DNA of 64,000 bases, from contig OX044357.1 in assembly GCA_943846675.1 (NCBI GenBank), positions 2,136,967 through 2,200,966 of the forward strand, read 5' to 3'. The notes under the pieces were generated by a model. The model saw nothing but the letters and a program-made list of their open reading frames with translations. It searched no databases and was not told where the DNA came from. A program made the position numbers and the translations under genes. This DNA comes from an uncultured Bacteroidia bacterium (GTDB lineage Bacteria; Bacteroidota; Bacteroidia; NS11-12g; UBA9320). Below, in pieces: positions 18,540-29,600 of the stretch (its first letter is position 1; each line of letters begins with the position of its first letter).

Positions 18540-18830
18540 ATGGCCAAAATCAACGAATCCAGTTTCTGGTATAATTTACTAAAGAAGGTTTTAAAACAAG
18601 TCTTGCGAAAGCATAACAGAAAAAACAAAACACATAACCAACATGTGGTTACGCATGAGGATGGTTGGGCCGTTCGAGGAGCAGGCAATGAGCGTTTAAC
18701 CGCTACCTACAAGTATCAAGATGATGCCATCGAAAGGGCTAAAGACATCGCTCGAAACTACAAGTCAAGTGTTATCATCCATCGAACTGATGGAATAATA
18801 AGAGACCGAATAAGCTACAAAAAAGGGTAA
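18540..18830 (+). CDS. DUF2188-family small protein
   Basis: HEDGWAVRGAGNERLTATYKYQDDAIERAKDIARNYKSSVIIHRTDGIIRDRISY matches the DUF2188 pattern: a small protein with a G-W-x-V core and a (D/G)G-x-I-(R/Q) motif. Confidence 0.5.
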   Translation: MAKINESSFWYNLLKKVLKQVLRKHNRKNKTHNQHVVTHEDGWAVRGAGNERLTATYKYQDDAIERAKDIARNYKSSVIIHRTDGIIRDRISYKKG

Positions 18831-18836
18831 AAGAAA

Positions 18837-18862
18837 AAGAGGAGCTACTACACTCCTCTTTA
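18837..18862 (+). terminator. Candidate rho-independent terminator, weak U-tract
   Basis: Hairpin aagaggag-ctactaca-ctcctctt with an 8 bp stem, followed by TTAAG. It lies 7 bp after the DUF2188 gene stop. Confidence 0.35.
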
Positions 18863-19124
18863 AGCATGGATAATGTTTTTAGTCTACTACTTAGACTCTA
18901 CTTTTTGATCGATGAGATCATTGTTACTATTTAGTACATTCTGTCTGTTTGGTTATTTATTGTTTGCGACTTTTACGTGGCTGACTAAGAATGCATATTA
19001 CCTAAGTCAATTGCCATTCCACTTTTGACGAAAATACAAATAATTGTAAATCAGGTACTTATAAAATTTCTATCTAGGCCATCGCGCCTTAACATTCCCA
19101 AATTGGTAAAAAAAGAGGCTGTTT

Positions 19125-20348
19125 TTATTCTTTTGGGACAGTGGTGTAAGAAAGTACAAATGACAAGAGCAAGCAAATTGTTGCCCACGTCACGCAGCCA
19201 AATACTTCCAAGACATCTGAGACACGCGCTCCCAATAAACCGTCTGTAGACGCTATTGATAAAACCATTGCGATTACAAATAATATCTTGACGTAGGTTG
19301 TATCAACGGACTTTGAAATAAACAATCTGTTAAATTGAAGAAAAACCAAGGGAAACGTAAATACAAAATAATACTTCCATGCCAATGGAGACATCAGGGG
19401 TATGGCGGTCAGAACGAAAAAAAATTGTCCAACAACTTGAATCTTCTGTTTTGGCTTTCTAAATCGCCAAGCTACCAATAAGGCCGAAAGCGCAATCAAA
19501 CCTAAGGTGATGCCTTTTGTTGCTTTTTTGGGTAAGTCCATCACGTTATAGTATATATCCAAGCCTCGAGACTGTTCGGTCAAAAGCCCCTCCATAAAAG
19601 GAAGGATCGATTGATTTTTATGAGTAAGTATAGTCTCTCCCATTGCTTTATTCGCAATCCAATCCTGATAGTTTGTCATTCCATTATCGAGACCAAAGAC
19701 CAACAAGCTCACTCCCACTGTTGAAGCAATCGTTAACAAAGCAATGAAACTCAATTTGTATGACTTACGATACATAAAGAACGGAAGAAGAAATACGGGA
19801 TACACTTTTAGTGCGATGATCAGACCAAGTCCAATGCCTCCAACCACATACTTGTTATTCATGTGACAGTAAATCACATACAGTGACGCCAAAAGCAAAT
19901 ATGAATTAATTTGAATATTGGATATGTCGTCAATAACAAACCTGAGCACCAACAGTATGGGAATGAACACTTTCCAGTCGAGCAGCCAAAGATTGCTTGG
20001 GTTTGAAGTTTGCATTAATGTCAGGTTTTCGCCTGTGGTAAGGTTGACAGTATATCGTGCAATAAAGAACCAACTAACAATTATTCCGACTAACCATAAC
20101 AGTCGAATCAATAGCGGACTTATTGCGTCGATATAGGCAAACGGAACCGAAAAAACGGCAAAAAATGGTGGCCAAGTATTCAGGTAATCTGCATAAATGG
20201 GCGTTCCGTTAAGTACAGCATTTCCAGCATTAATGTATCCAATAAAATCCCCTGCCCTTTGACTGTCTCGAATAAGCTCAAACACTAAGGCCAAGCCAAC
20301 AAGCGTTGCCAAAATAAACCTGAGTACCTGTTGTTGTTTTTGGGACAT
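19125..20348 (-). CDS. Polytopic membrane protein, possibly a GT87/DUF2029-like glycosyltransferase
   Basis: About 11 predicted TM helices. Family assignment is tentative, from overall topology only. Confidence 0.35.
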   Translation of the reverse strand: MSQKQQQVLRFILATLVGLALVFELIRDSQRAGDFIGYINAGNAVLNGTPIYADYLNTWPPFFAVFSVPFAYIDAISPLLIRLLWLVGIIVSWFFIARYTVNLTTGENLTLMQTSNPSNLWLLDWKVFIPILLVLRFVIDDISNIQINSYLLLASLYVIYCHMNNKYVVGGIGLGLIIALKVYPVFLLPFFMYRKSYKLSFIALLTIASTVGVSLLVFGLDNGMTNYQDWIANKAMGETILTHKNQSILPFMEGLLTEQSRGLDIYYNVMDLPKKATKGITLGLIALSALLVAWRFRKPKQKIQVVGQFFFVLTAIPLMSPLAWKYYFVFTFPLVFLQFNRLFISKSVDTTYVKILFVIAMVLSIASTDGLLGARVSDVLEVFGCVTWATICLLLSFVLSYTTVPKE

Positions 20349-20358
20349 GTGTATTAAC

Positions 20359-22437
20359 CTACCGAATAATCATTAATTTCTTGGGATCTATTTCAGCGTT
20401 CGGAAATCTTATAATGTATGAACCCGCTACCAGATGACTTACATCCAAACCCAAACGTATACTAATCGTTGCCTTGCTTACCTGTTTACCATCCACTGTA
20501 TACACTTCGCACGCTAAGTTTTCGTCATTTCCAAAATACACCAAATCGGTTGCCGGATTTGGAAAGAGAACATCAGACGTGATGGGAATTACAAGGATTG
20601 TAGACACCCACTTCTCTGCAAGTAAAACGGCTTGATGTGCATTTATTTTGCCCCACCCCCAACCAAGATCACTCGAGTCTTTGATGTCTCCAGTATTTGC
20701 GTCTAAACGTGCCGTTAGACGAAGTATTTCTTGAACATCAAGATACTGTAAATTAGGGTTGGCTTCCAGCATTAGGGCCACAACACCAGAAACTGCTGGT
20801 GAGGCCATAGATGTTCCTGATAACCGTGCAAAGGGATAATCCCTTCCCTTGAAGGTAACGGAGGTTAACTCAGTAAAGTCTCGTGTTGTGTATGAAGAAA
20901 TGGATGAAGCGACATTGACGCCTGGTGCACTGATTTCAGGCTTTCTTCTACCATCTAAGGTTGGACCTTTACTTGTAAAATTAGCTTGCCGACCACCAAC
21001 TACATTGCCATTTTGGAGCCTCACCTCCGATTGATGCGCCCCAACAGCTATCACTGAATGGTTTGATGCTGGGTCTCCTAAGCTATAGTCATCATCACCT
21101 GCAAACCAGTTCGGCAGCCAGTCTTCGAATGTTCCGCCCCAGTTACCAGCGTTGTTAGTAAGCTCTACAACATTCCAATAATGGACAGTACCAGCATCCG
21201 CAAAAGAGCGCAAAGCAACCTTATAGGTATTGCTTCTTTCCCTAACCCTTAATCGCATTGTTGGCCGATTGTTGAAGTCATAAGCATCTGTTGCACTTAT
21301 GTTATAAAACACGGTATCAGAACCAAAAACAACGAAGGTGTCCACGTAAGCAAAATTTTCTACCGTTGTATAAGTTGGTGTAGTGTACACAATTTCATTT
21401 TGGTCATTTAAAACCAATAATTCAACATTAAAAATTTCACCTGGCTCTCCCCACATACTGATGGATTTTCCCCAAAGCAAGGGATAGGTGTATGTATAAA
21501 ATCCGATACCTGAATGCATCGTATCAGATTCAAATGTTTTCTTGATATGAAACGTTTCTCCACCATTGTTGCCGGCTGAGGTAATAAAAATAACGCCCTG
21601 TTTCGACAGTTCATCAATGGCCTCGCTTAACAAGCCTGTCCCATCCATTGCGCCTAAATAATACAATCCCCAACTCATGTTAACCACCAATCGCTTCTTA
21701 GCAGCATCGGCTTGCTGTTTCATCCAAACAAATGCGTCAATGGCGCCGGCATCGTCTAGTCTCAAAGAAACAAACAAGAACTGCGCTTCATAGGCCACAC
21801 CGCGGTATTTGGTCCCTCCTCCACTACCAGCAGCGATACCTGCCACATGGCTACCATGATAGGCATAGTCATACAATCCAGCGGTATCGGATTGCGCAGC
21901 CAACAAGGCTTGCCTAGAGGTATATTCTGTTCCGTAGTTGAAACCATCAGGCCTAGGTCCGCTGGTTTTAAACTGATCCCAAGCACCTGCAATTCTGAGG
22001 GTAGAAAGAGCGGTATCGTAAAAATTAGGATGTCCGTAATCAAACCCCCAATCTGTAATACCAATTAAAACATCTTTTCCCGTATATCCCGATTCCAAAT
22101 CGAAACCATCATAAACGCTGTCAACACGCATATCTGTTATCGCTCGGTCGAGCTGAGGGTTAATTTTCATTGCCTTTTGAACGGCAACCACCCCAGGAAT
22201 ATTCTTCCAGTCTATAATTACCCCTTGAGGTAAATAAACGGTTGATATGTGACCAACGGTCGATCCAATTACACCCGAATATGAATCAAGGACACATGGA
22301 TCAAATGAGGCACAGGTTTCGATAATGTAGGATTCAAAAGACTGGTTGCTTGACTGCTCATGCTGATCGCATTGCTGTGCACTAACACTGCTAAACCGAT
22401 AAACCGCTATTGTGCATATTAGATACTTGAGCCACAT
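20359..22437 (-). CDS. Subtilisin-like serine peptidase (S8) with a T9SS type-A C-terminal sorting domain
   Basis: Catalytic triad contexts ITDWGFDYGHPN (Asp), HGSHVAGIAAG (His) and GTSMASPAVSGVVALM (Ser). C-terminal LFPNPATDLVYF...SYIIRF is a CTD-A. Confidence 0.85.
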   Translation of the reverse strand: MWLKYLICTIAVYRFSSVSAQQCDQHEQSSNQSFESYIIETCASFDPCVLDSYSGVIGSTVGHISTVYLPQGVIIDWKNIPGVVAVQKAMKINPQLDRAITDMRVDSVYDGFDLESGYTGKDVLIGITDWGFDYGHPNFYDTALSTLRIAGAWDQFKTSGPRPDGFNYGTEYTSRQALLAAQSDTAGLYDYAYHGSHVAGIAAGSGGGTKYRGVAYEAQFLFVSLRLDDAGAIDAFVWMKQQADAAKKRLVVNMSWGLYYLGAMDGTGLLSEAIDELSKQGVIFITSAGNNGGETFHIKKTFESDTMHSGIGFYTYTYPLLWGKSISMWGEPGEIFNVELLVLNDQNEIVYTTPTYTTVENFAYVDTFVVFGSDTVFYNISATDAYDFNNRPTMRLRVRERSNTYKVALRSFADAGTVHYWNVVELTNNAGNWGGTFEDWLPNWFAGDDDYSLGDPASNHSVIAVGAHQSEVRLQNGNVVGGRQANFTSKGPTLDGRRKPEISAPGVNVASSISSYTTRDFTELTSVTFKGRDYPFARLSGTSMASPAVSGVVALMLEANPNLQYLDVQEILRLTARLDANTGDIKDSSDLGWGWGKINAHQAVLLAEKWVSTILVIPITSDVLFPNPATDLVYFGNDENLACEVYTVDGKQVSKATISIRLGLDVSHLVAGSYIIRFPNAEIDPKKLMIIR

Positions 22438-22526
22438 TTACCAAAGGTATTATTTAAAGTCATTTGACGACAATAGCACGATAAAAATAAAGAAGGATAT
22501 CCTAAACAGTACGCTCAGCCATGCAA

Positions 22527-23684
22527 TTAGGCTTTGACTTTGTTTGCCTTTACAGACGGCCCGTAAATTTGCTCGATAAGCGGTAAAATATTGGCTTGGT
22601 TGTCAAAACGCGCTTGCAATACAGACTTTCGCTCGTCCAATTGATCTTGGCTAATTGCCTCGGCCCAACAGGCTTGAATTGCCTTTTTATACTGCTCAGT
22701 TGTATCAGCTTGTATGCATAACGTTTCTAATCCAGTATTCACAATCATCTTCTCGTTCGCAATGCAATGTCTTCCCATAAACAAGGCATTCAATAGTTTT
22801 AATTTGATACCTGTTGCTTGATTGGTATACAAGATATTGATGTGCGCTTCCGATATCAAATGGTTGATTTCTTCAGATGTAATCTTACTATGGAGTGTTA
22901 CATGATCCATGGTTTCAATCAGGTTTTTCAACTCCAATGATGGATCGTTTCCTGCGATCACTAATGGATAGTCAGGCTTATTTAAAACATTATTCAAAAG
23001 ATATAATGCCGCTTCATTATTTTCACCTACGGCTAAATTGCCATGGTATAATATAAAATCGCCCGCACCTTTCTGAACTTCAACAGAGGTATTCACGTGG
23101 AATGGAGACAACAAAACCGTTTTCCCATATTTACGATTAAAAAACCGCTGGTCATTTGGCGAAATTGCAGCAATACAATCTGCGTGTTTAAGCACCTTCT
23201 CGTATTTCTTCAGTCTGTCTGACTCTACTTTAAAGAAATATCGTTTAAACCTGTTGTCTTCAACTTTTTCAAGATGTTTATAATAGTGATGCTCGATATT
23301 ATGCGTACGAACAACTTTATAACGTTTTTTCAAACGACTATCGGCCAGGTAATACGTAGAATGTAAACCTTCAAATAAAATTGGATGGTTGTCCTTTAAA
23401 AGGTTTTCAATTAAGGCCGTCGAATTTCGAGAAGCAACGATGTATGGTTTTGTGTTATATATGGGATTTTTAAACACTTTCCGCTTGTAGTATTTTACGG
23501 TATGACAAACGCCTTTAAGCATAGCGGTCTCGGCCCTACCATATTGGTAACAATGCAAATGAACTTTTACGCCAGCCTCTGCTAGAGCTACTAGTTTGTA
23601 ATAGATGTCGATTACCCCGCCGTAATTTGCAGGATAAGGAACGTCAAACGAAATGACGTGAAGGTGTTTACTTTTATTTCTCAT
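22527..23684 (-). CDS. Glycosyltransferase, GT1/GT4-like fold
   Basis: N-terminal HVISFDVPYPANYGGVID motif and a C-terminal GT-B-like half. The start is taken at MRNKSK (ATG 23684), 5 bp downstream of the upstream GT stop. Confidence 0.55.
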   Translation of the reverse strand: MRNKSKHLHVISFDVPYPANYGGVIDIYYKLVALAEAGVKVHLHCYQYGRAETAMLKGVCHTVKYYKRKVFKNPIYNTKPYIVASRNSTALIENLLKDNHPILFEGLHSTYYLADSRLKKRYKVVRTHNIEHHYYKHLEKVEDNRFKRYFFKVESDRLKKYEKVLKHADCIAAISPNDQRFFNRKYGKTVLLSPFHVNTSVEVQKGAGDFILYHGNLAVGENNEAALYLLNNVLNKPDYPLVIAGNDPSLELKNLIETMDHVTLHSKITSEEINHLISEAHINILYTNQATGIKLKLLNALFMGRHCIANEKMIVNTGLETLCIQADTTEQYKKAIQACWAEAISQDQLDERKSVLQARFDNQANILPLIEQIYGPSVKANKVKA

Positions 23685-24762
23685 ATTGCGCCAACAACTT
23701 GATTTCTTCGTTTTCCCAATTCCACTCGGCTGCTGCAGCTTTACAATTTTTCCGGAGGCGAATATACAATTCCTTGTTAGATTGTAACTCACTGACTGAC
23801 TGAACAATACCTTCAACAGTGGGCTCTGAAAAAATCATTACTTCATGCGCAGCATTCAAAGTGGCATACTCTGGAAAATTGCTACTAATTGACGGAACTT
23901 GTGCTTGGACATAATCGAAGCATTTATTACTCAATGAGTAATAATAACTTAACCCCATGTTTTCCAAGACATTTAAGCCCATCAACGCATTCTTTGTAAC
24001 ATGTCGTAAATCTTCGGGATGGATTTTTCCAGCGAACGTCACCTTATGCGACAATTTTTCAGCTTTCACTAAATCGCGCAATTTTTTACTCAAATCTCCC
24101 TCCCCAACGATATACAGTTGAGCATCGATTTGATGCATGGCTTTGATATAAAGGTCAACACACCGACCTTCATTCAACGCTCCTTGATAAATTAAAAAAC
24201 CTGTTTCAGAAAAATCCGATTGAGGTTCTACGACATTGTTATAACGAAGAAACGGAACGTTTCTTATTACACCGACGTTTTTTATGTATTTTTTTTGAAA
24301 GATTTCTGCTAACGAGGCGCTAACGGTATAAACCGTATCTGCTTTTTTAAAGACGATTCGTTCTACAATCGACCATATTTTCTTGACAACTTTGCGATTG
24401 GTTACTTCTGGCACTTCCGTAAAATGTTCGTGCGAATCAAAAACCCAGTTGAACCGAGTAAACCAGCTATATAAAATGGCCCCAACCGCTGTATCAAGGT
24501 CTATGGTATTGATTGTCTCGGGTTTATATCGGATAAAAAACAGAAATAACCGGATATTGTATTCGATATAAAAGGCTGGGCCACTTGTATACCAGCATTT
24601 TATGCGATGTTGTTTAAACGACTGAGGAACCAATGATTTACTGCCAGGTAAAACGCGCCCAACGAGCATTACGTCATACTTGCTCTGAAGAGAAGTACAA
24701 ATACGAATCATGCGTTGGTCAAACACAAGATCATTGGTTACGGTGCAGACAATCCTTTTCAC
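23674..24762 (-). CDS. Glycosyltransferase family 4 (GT-B fold)
   Basis: C-terminal GT4 signature ...YQGALNEGRCVDLYIKAM...LYIVGEGDLSKKLRDLV...VTFAGKIHPEDL. The start overlaps the recQ stop (ATGA). Confidence 0.7.
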   Translation of the reverse strand: MKRIVCTVTNDLVFDQRMIRICTSLQSKYDVMLVGRVLPGSKSLVPQSFKQHRIKCWYTSGPAFYIEYNIRLFLFFIRYKPETINTIDLDTAVGAILYSWFTRFNWVFDSHEHFTEVPEVTNRKVVKKIWSIVERIVFKKADTVYTVSASLAEIFQKKYIKNVGVIRNVPFLRYNNVVEPQSDFSETGFLIYQGALNEGRCVDLYIKAMHQIDAQLYIVGEGDLSKKLRDLVKAEKLSHKVTFAGKIHPEDLRHVTKNALMGLNVLENMGLSYYYSLSNKCFDYVQAQVPSISSNFPEYATLNAAHEVMIFSEPTVEGIVQSVSELQSNKELYIRLRKNCKAAAAEWNWENEEIKLLAQYEK

Positions 24763-26651
24763 TTTCTAAGGCGCAAATATCCACTTTTGTCATTGATAAC
24801 TTTCCTATCGGAAACCAACCAATTGATGACCTCTACAATTTCAGTAGTTTCCAAATCAGTAGATAGGGCAATCAACTCGTCTATGGTTAACGATTTATCG
24901 GTTAATGATCGCACAACAAAATCTTCTATCTGTCTAAAATCAAGTCGTTTAGTAAGCTGCAACTTCATCTCGCATAAATCACACTTGCCGCAGATGTCAA
25001 GATTCATTTCACCAAAATAATTACAAATAGATTGAGATCGGCAACCCTCTGATTCGACGTAGTTAATCACCGCTTCGATTCTTTCTAATGTCCTAATTTT
25101 ACTAGTCTTAATAATGCCATCGTGATCAATAATCTCCCTGACACGAGGCTGAAGAAAAGTTATAAAAGGTTTGTCTGTCGATTGACTGTAAGACCATATG
25201 CCAATTTCTTCGAGCTGTCGGATATCCGCAATTACAGCCTTCACATTCCTTTTACTCCTTTGGGCTATTTGATGTTCGCTTATTTGGGTGTAATAATCAT
25301 AAATACCGGTGTATGAGCGCAGAATAGTCTTAATTAGGCCGTCCAGTTTCGGTTGTCTCAATTGAAAATCATACAGTTGTGTACTCGATACGTTAATTTT
25401 TAGTTTAGATGGCCGGTGAATGCCCTCAGACAAATGAATGTATCCCAGTTTCTGCAGCGATTTAATTCCTGAGTAGGCCTCTATGGCCTTAATCTCGAAC
25501 TTTTCGCAAAACATCGACAAGTCAAAGTCAAAACGCGCATCTCTCCCTGAGTTATATGCTAACGATAGATAATTACACAAGCTTTCATACACCAATTGGA
25601 TTTGATCAACACTTGGAAACTGGCTATGCGCAAAAGAACGTAGTTGTCTTAAGTCGGCTTCTTCATACAGCAAAAGGCAGTGGGCGTCTTTGCCATCACG
25701 ACCTGCCCTGCCTGCTTCTTGGTAATACCCCTCAATACTGTCTGGCATGTCGTAATGAAACACAAACCGCACATCTGATTTGTCGATACCCATACCAAAA
25801 GCATTGGTAGCAACCATCACCTTTGTTTTACCGTTGGTCCAGCCGTCTTGTTTTGCGTTTCGGGTCTGGTTCGTCAGCCCACCATGGTAGTAATCAGCCT
25901 GTACATCCTGTTGTTTGAGAAAATTAGCAATCTCAACAGTTTTTCTTCTCGTACTGACATAAACAATCCCAGTTCCGTTATTCGCCTTGCAAAAAGTCAG
26001 CAACTCTGTCCTTTTGTCTTCAGTATACTTTACGTGATAGTGCAGGTTCGATCGATGAAAGCTTTTAGCAATCACGACTGGCTCTTGCATCGCCAATTGC
26101 TCGATAATATCTTGCTGTACTTGAACCGTAGCCGAGGCTGTTAAAGCCAGAAATTTGAACTCAGGATGATCATCCTTCAAGGTAGATATCTGTCTGTATT
26201 CAGGCCTAAAATCGTGCCCCCATTGAGAAATACAGTGGGACTCGTCAACGGCGATAAAGCTAATATTCGTCCGTTTTAAATTCTGCTTGAACGCTTTCGA
26301 TTGTAGTCTTTCCGGTGAAACATATACCAGTTTATATTTGTTGTTCCGAATGTTCTGTAATTCAATGGCTATCTCTTTTTTGGCCATACCTCCGTACAAA
26401 TACGTGGCAGAGATTCCACGAGATTTAAGTTGGCCAACTTGATCACGCATTAGAGCAATAAGTGGCGACACAACAAAACAAACACCGTCTGAGAGTAAAG
26501 CAGGCACTTGGTAACAAATGGATTTACCTCCTCCCGTCGGCAACAACGCAAACGTATCTCGTTTGGCTAAAACGGCGTCAATAATCTCTTCCTGCTTATC
26601 TCTGAAAGAATTAAACCCCCAATGTTTTTGTAAGACTTCTAATGGCGTCAC
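24759..26651 (-). CDS. recQ: ATP-dependent DNA helicase RecQ
   Basis: Helicase motif I PTGGGKSICYQ, DExH box VDESHCISQWGHDFRPEY, the RecQ Zn-binding Cys cluster (CRSQSICNYFGE...CGKCDLC) and a C-terminal HRDC-like region. Confidence 0.9.
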   Translation of the reverse strand: MTPLEVLQKHWGFNSFRDKQEEIIDAVLAKRDTFALLPTGGGKSICYQVPALLSDGVCFVVSPLIALMRDQVGQLKSRGISATYLYGGMAKKEIAIELQNIRNNKYKLVYVSPERLQSKAFKQNLKRTNISFIAVDESHCISQWGHDFRPEYRQISTLKDDHPEFKFLALTASATVQVQQDIIEQLAMQEPVVIAKSFHRSNLHYHVKYTEDKRTELLTFCKANNGTGIVYVSTRRKTVEIANFLKQQDVQADYYHGGLTNQTRNAKQDGWTNGKTKVMVATNAFGMGIDKSDVRFVFHYDMPDSIEGYYQEAGRAGRDGKDAHCLLLYEEADLRQLRSFAHSQFPSVDQIQLVYESLCNYLSLAYNSGRDARFDFDLSMFCEKFEIKAIEAYSGIKSLQKLGYIHLSEGIHRPSKLKINVSSTQLYDFQLRQPKLDGLIKTILRSYTGIYDYYTQISEHQIAQRSKRNVKAVIADIRQLEEIGIWSYSQSTDKPFITFLQPRVREIIDHDGIIKTSKIRTLERIEAVINYVESEGCRSQSICNYFGEMNLDICGKCDLCEMKLQLTKRLDFRQIEDFVVRSLTDKSLTIDELIALSTDLETTEIVEVINWLVSDRKVINDKSGYLRLRK

Positions 26652-26671
26652 GTCGCCAAAAATAGGTCAAT

Positions 26672-29600
26672 CTAACGAACTACGTGGATGAGTCCTTTGA
26701 CCGTTTGATATGCACCATCTTCTGTGGTAATAAATCGGATTGAATATAGGTAAACACCGTTTGAAACAACTTCACCATTATACGTTCCATCCCATCCTTG
26801 ATTCACATCTTCTGTCCGATATAATTCTTCTCCCCAGCGATTAAAAATCGACATGGTGTAATCTTGGTAATTTACAAGTGTGGGTTTGAACAAGTCATTC
26901 AATCCATCACCATTTGGGCTAAAACCTGTTGGAACGTGATAGTAACTGATACAACCTGATCCAATTTCAAAATCGTCACCCGATTGGCAACCATCTTTGT
27001 TTGTTACTGTAACGCTATAAACCTGCTGTTTGGTCGCTTGTATTTTTTGAGACGTTTCTCCATCAGGCATCCAGTTGTAAGACATGCCAGGATTGCCCGC
27101 ATCTAATTCTAAACTAAACTTACCGCAAAGCACGGTATCAATACCCAAGTTTATGATTGGGTAGGGTGAGACACTGTAAGTCACAGAATCTGAAATGGTA
27201 CCACATTTATTGGATATGGTTACCCAATGCGTTCCTGGATTAGACAAGGTAACGGTATTGATTGTTTCATTGCCAGACCAGATATAAGATTCATCATTAT
27301 TTGGATCTCCAACAGTAATGGTTTGCGGTTCGACTTGGCCACAGAAGATTTGATTATCCCCTAAACTAAGTATTGGTTGCTTGAGCAAACTTAAGTTTAC
27401 TGTATCACTTGCTATACCACATCTATTGACCAGGGTTACAAAATATTGACCTGGTGAAGAAACTGCCAACGTTGGCAATGTTGAATTGTCTTGCCAGTTA
27501 TACTGCATCTCTGCATCAGAATGGGTGACGTCGAACAAGGTGCTCACATTGTCACAATATGTAGAGTCAATAGGTAATATTACTTGAGGCGTTTCCTTCA
27601 AAATGATGGTCCAAACCCCTGAGTCAATCGCGCATTTATTTTGCAAATACCCTGTAAAAGTTCCAGGCATTGTTGCGTTATAAAACGTGTCGGACTGTCC
27701 TACGATAGACCAACTATACGTTTCTGAATTGTTTTGATTGGCATTGCTCAGAACTAACGTTGTATTCACATTGTCACATTGGTAAACAGTGTCATGTAAA
27801 CTCCCGAGTGGGTTAACAATTAATTCAATGTTCATTGAATCTGAAGCACTGCCACAACTATTGGCTATCGTAATCCGTGCGTAGGTAGCTTTTGATATGG
27901 TTATGGAGTCCAAACTCCCTATTCCAACCAAATCATTCAAATCATCCCAACTGTACGATTCTCCATTATTGGTTTGCCCAACTTTTAACCCATAGGATAC
28001 CATATTACAGAATACAGAATCGCTTGGCAAGCTTACGGTTGGTGTACTATGTTCAACAATTCGTGTTTCGCTGCTATCAACTCCACAGAAATTGGAGACT
28101 ACTACCTTATATCGCCCAGTATCTAAAACCGTTATTTGCTGAATAGAATCTCCAGTATTCCATCTGTACATTGCCTCATTGTTTGCATTTCCGGCATCCA
28201 ATACAAGTCTTACAGAATCGCATGTAATGCTGTCGCTGAACAAATTGACTTTAGGTGTTTTTAGTAATTTGAAGTTTATCGTATCGGTTTTGGTACCGCA
28301 ATTAGGTGTAATAATGTCAACGTAATATTTCCCAGGACTTGATGCAGTAGCAGTCTGTGTTGTATCTCCATTGTGCCACAAATACGAACGAATTATGGTG
28401 TCATTTTTGGCATCGAGCGTTAGTGTAGGGAAATTATCGCAATACGTGGTGTCATTCCCAAATACGGGAACTTTTGGGCTATGCTCCAAGAGGATTTGTA
28501 CTGAATCTCTTACCGTATCGCAACCGTATGTGGCTTGTACCCATATCAATCCAGAATCTTTGGCAATATTGAATCTGTTGTCGCTACCGTCGCTCCATAT
28601 AAAATTGGCGCCTTGGTTTTTTGCATCAAATATTTCAAAAACGTTATCACACTCTACGAAGGTGTCTTTAAACCCGAGTTCAATAGGCTCAGTATACAGC
28701 GTATCTCTAAATTTTGTTACGAAGCCAGTCCAGAAAAATGAACTGCCGTTCCTCAAGCTATCCTTGTACACACCCTTTGTAGTTGGGTAATCTCCAGAAA
28801 AAGAATTCCCTGCTGACAATATATAGGTTACACAACCTACCCTCTTGGCTCTAACTCCGCCCGGAAATTCTCCTCGGCTTCCACCATAGTAAGTTCCGTA
28901 GAGCTGTTTTGCACCTTCAAAATCTAACTTGGTTATGGTTAACGAACCATAGAACCCCGAGTATGTCAGTTTTGACTTCGGTTGGATAGCATCCGATGTT
29001 GTAGGAAAATCTGTTGACCGCGACGTAGCTGCCACAATGGCTTCATCTCGCACATTAGCTGTTATGCTCAACGGACTAAAAAATGGATAATTCCAGGAGT
29101 ATCCGTCGTCGTTTGACCCACCTAAATACGTACTGTAATGCACATTGGTTCCAGCCGATATCATCTTGACAACAACGGCATCGTAGCCCCCGGAGTTGCT
29201 TTTGCTAAACGCATTTTTGGATACTGGAAAGTCTGACGATGTTGAGGCACCAGCAATAAATGGATCGCCCGTTTCTGTCGCATAAATACTTTCAAAGTTA
29301 TCTTCTCCACTACCACCCATGAGTTTTGCCCACTCTACCTGATTGCCGTTTGCTTTAAACTTGATAACAAAACCATCTGTATTTCCTTTAATGTATTTGT
29401 TAAAGACTTTTGCTCCTGGAGTAGTCCTGAAATTTCCAGAACTGGTTTGTCCAACAACATAGACAAATCCGGAACCGTCGACATACACGTCTTTGGCAAC
29501 ATCAAATCCTGATCCACCAATGTATGTTGAGAAAATAAGACCTGAACCGCTCGCGTTTAAGCAGGTAAGAAATGCATCGCCTCTTAGCCAGTAGCCATAA

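Noticed and set aside
27892-28790. Plus-strand ORFs of 68-139 aa antisense to the giant adhesin gene
   Set aside because: They are fully embedded in a 4.3 kb ORF with clear domain content, and none carries a recognisable motif.
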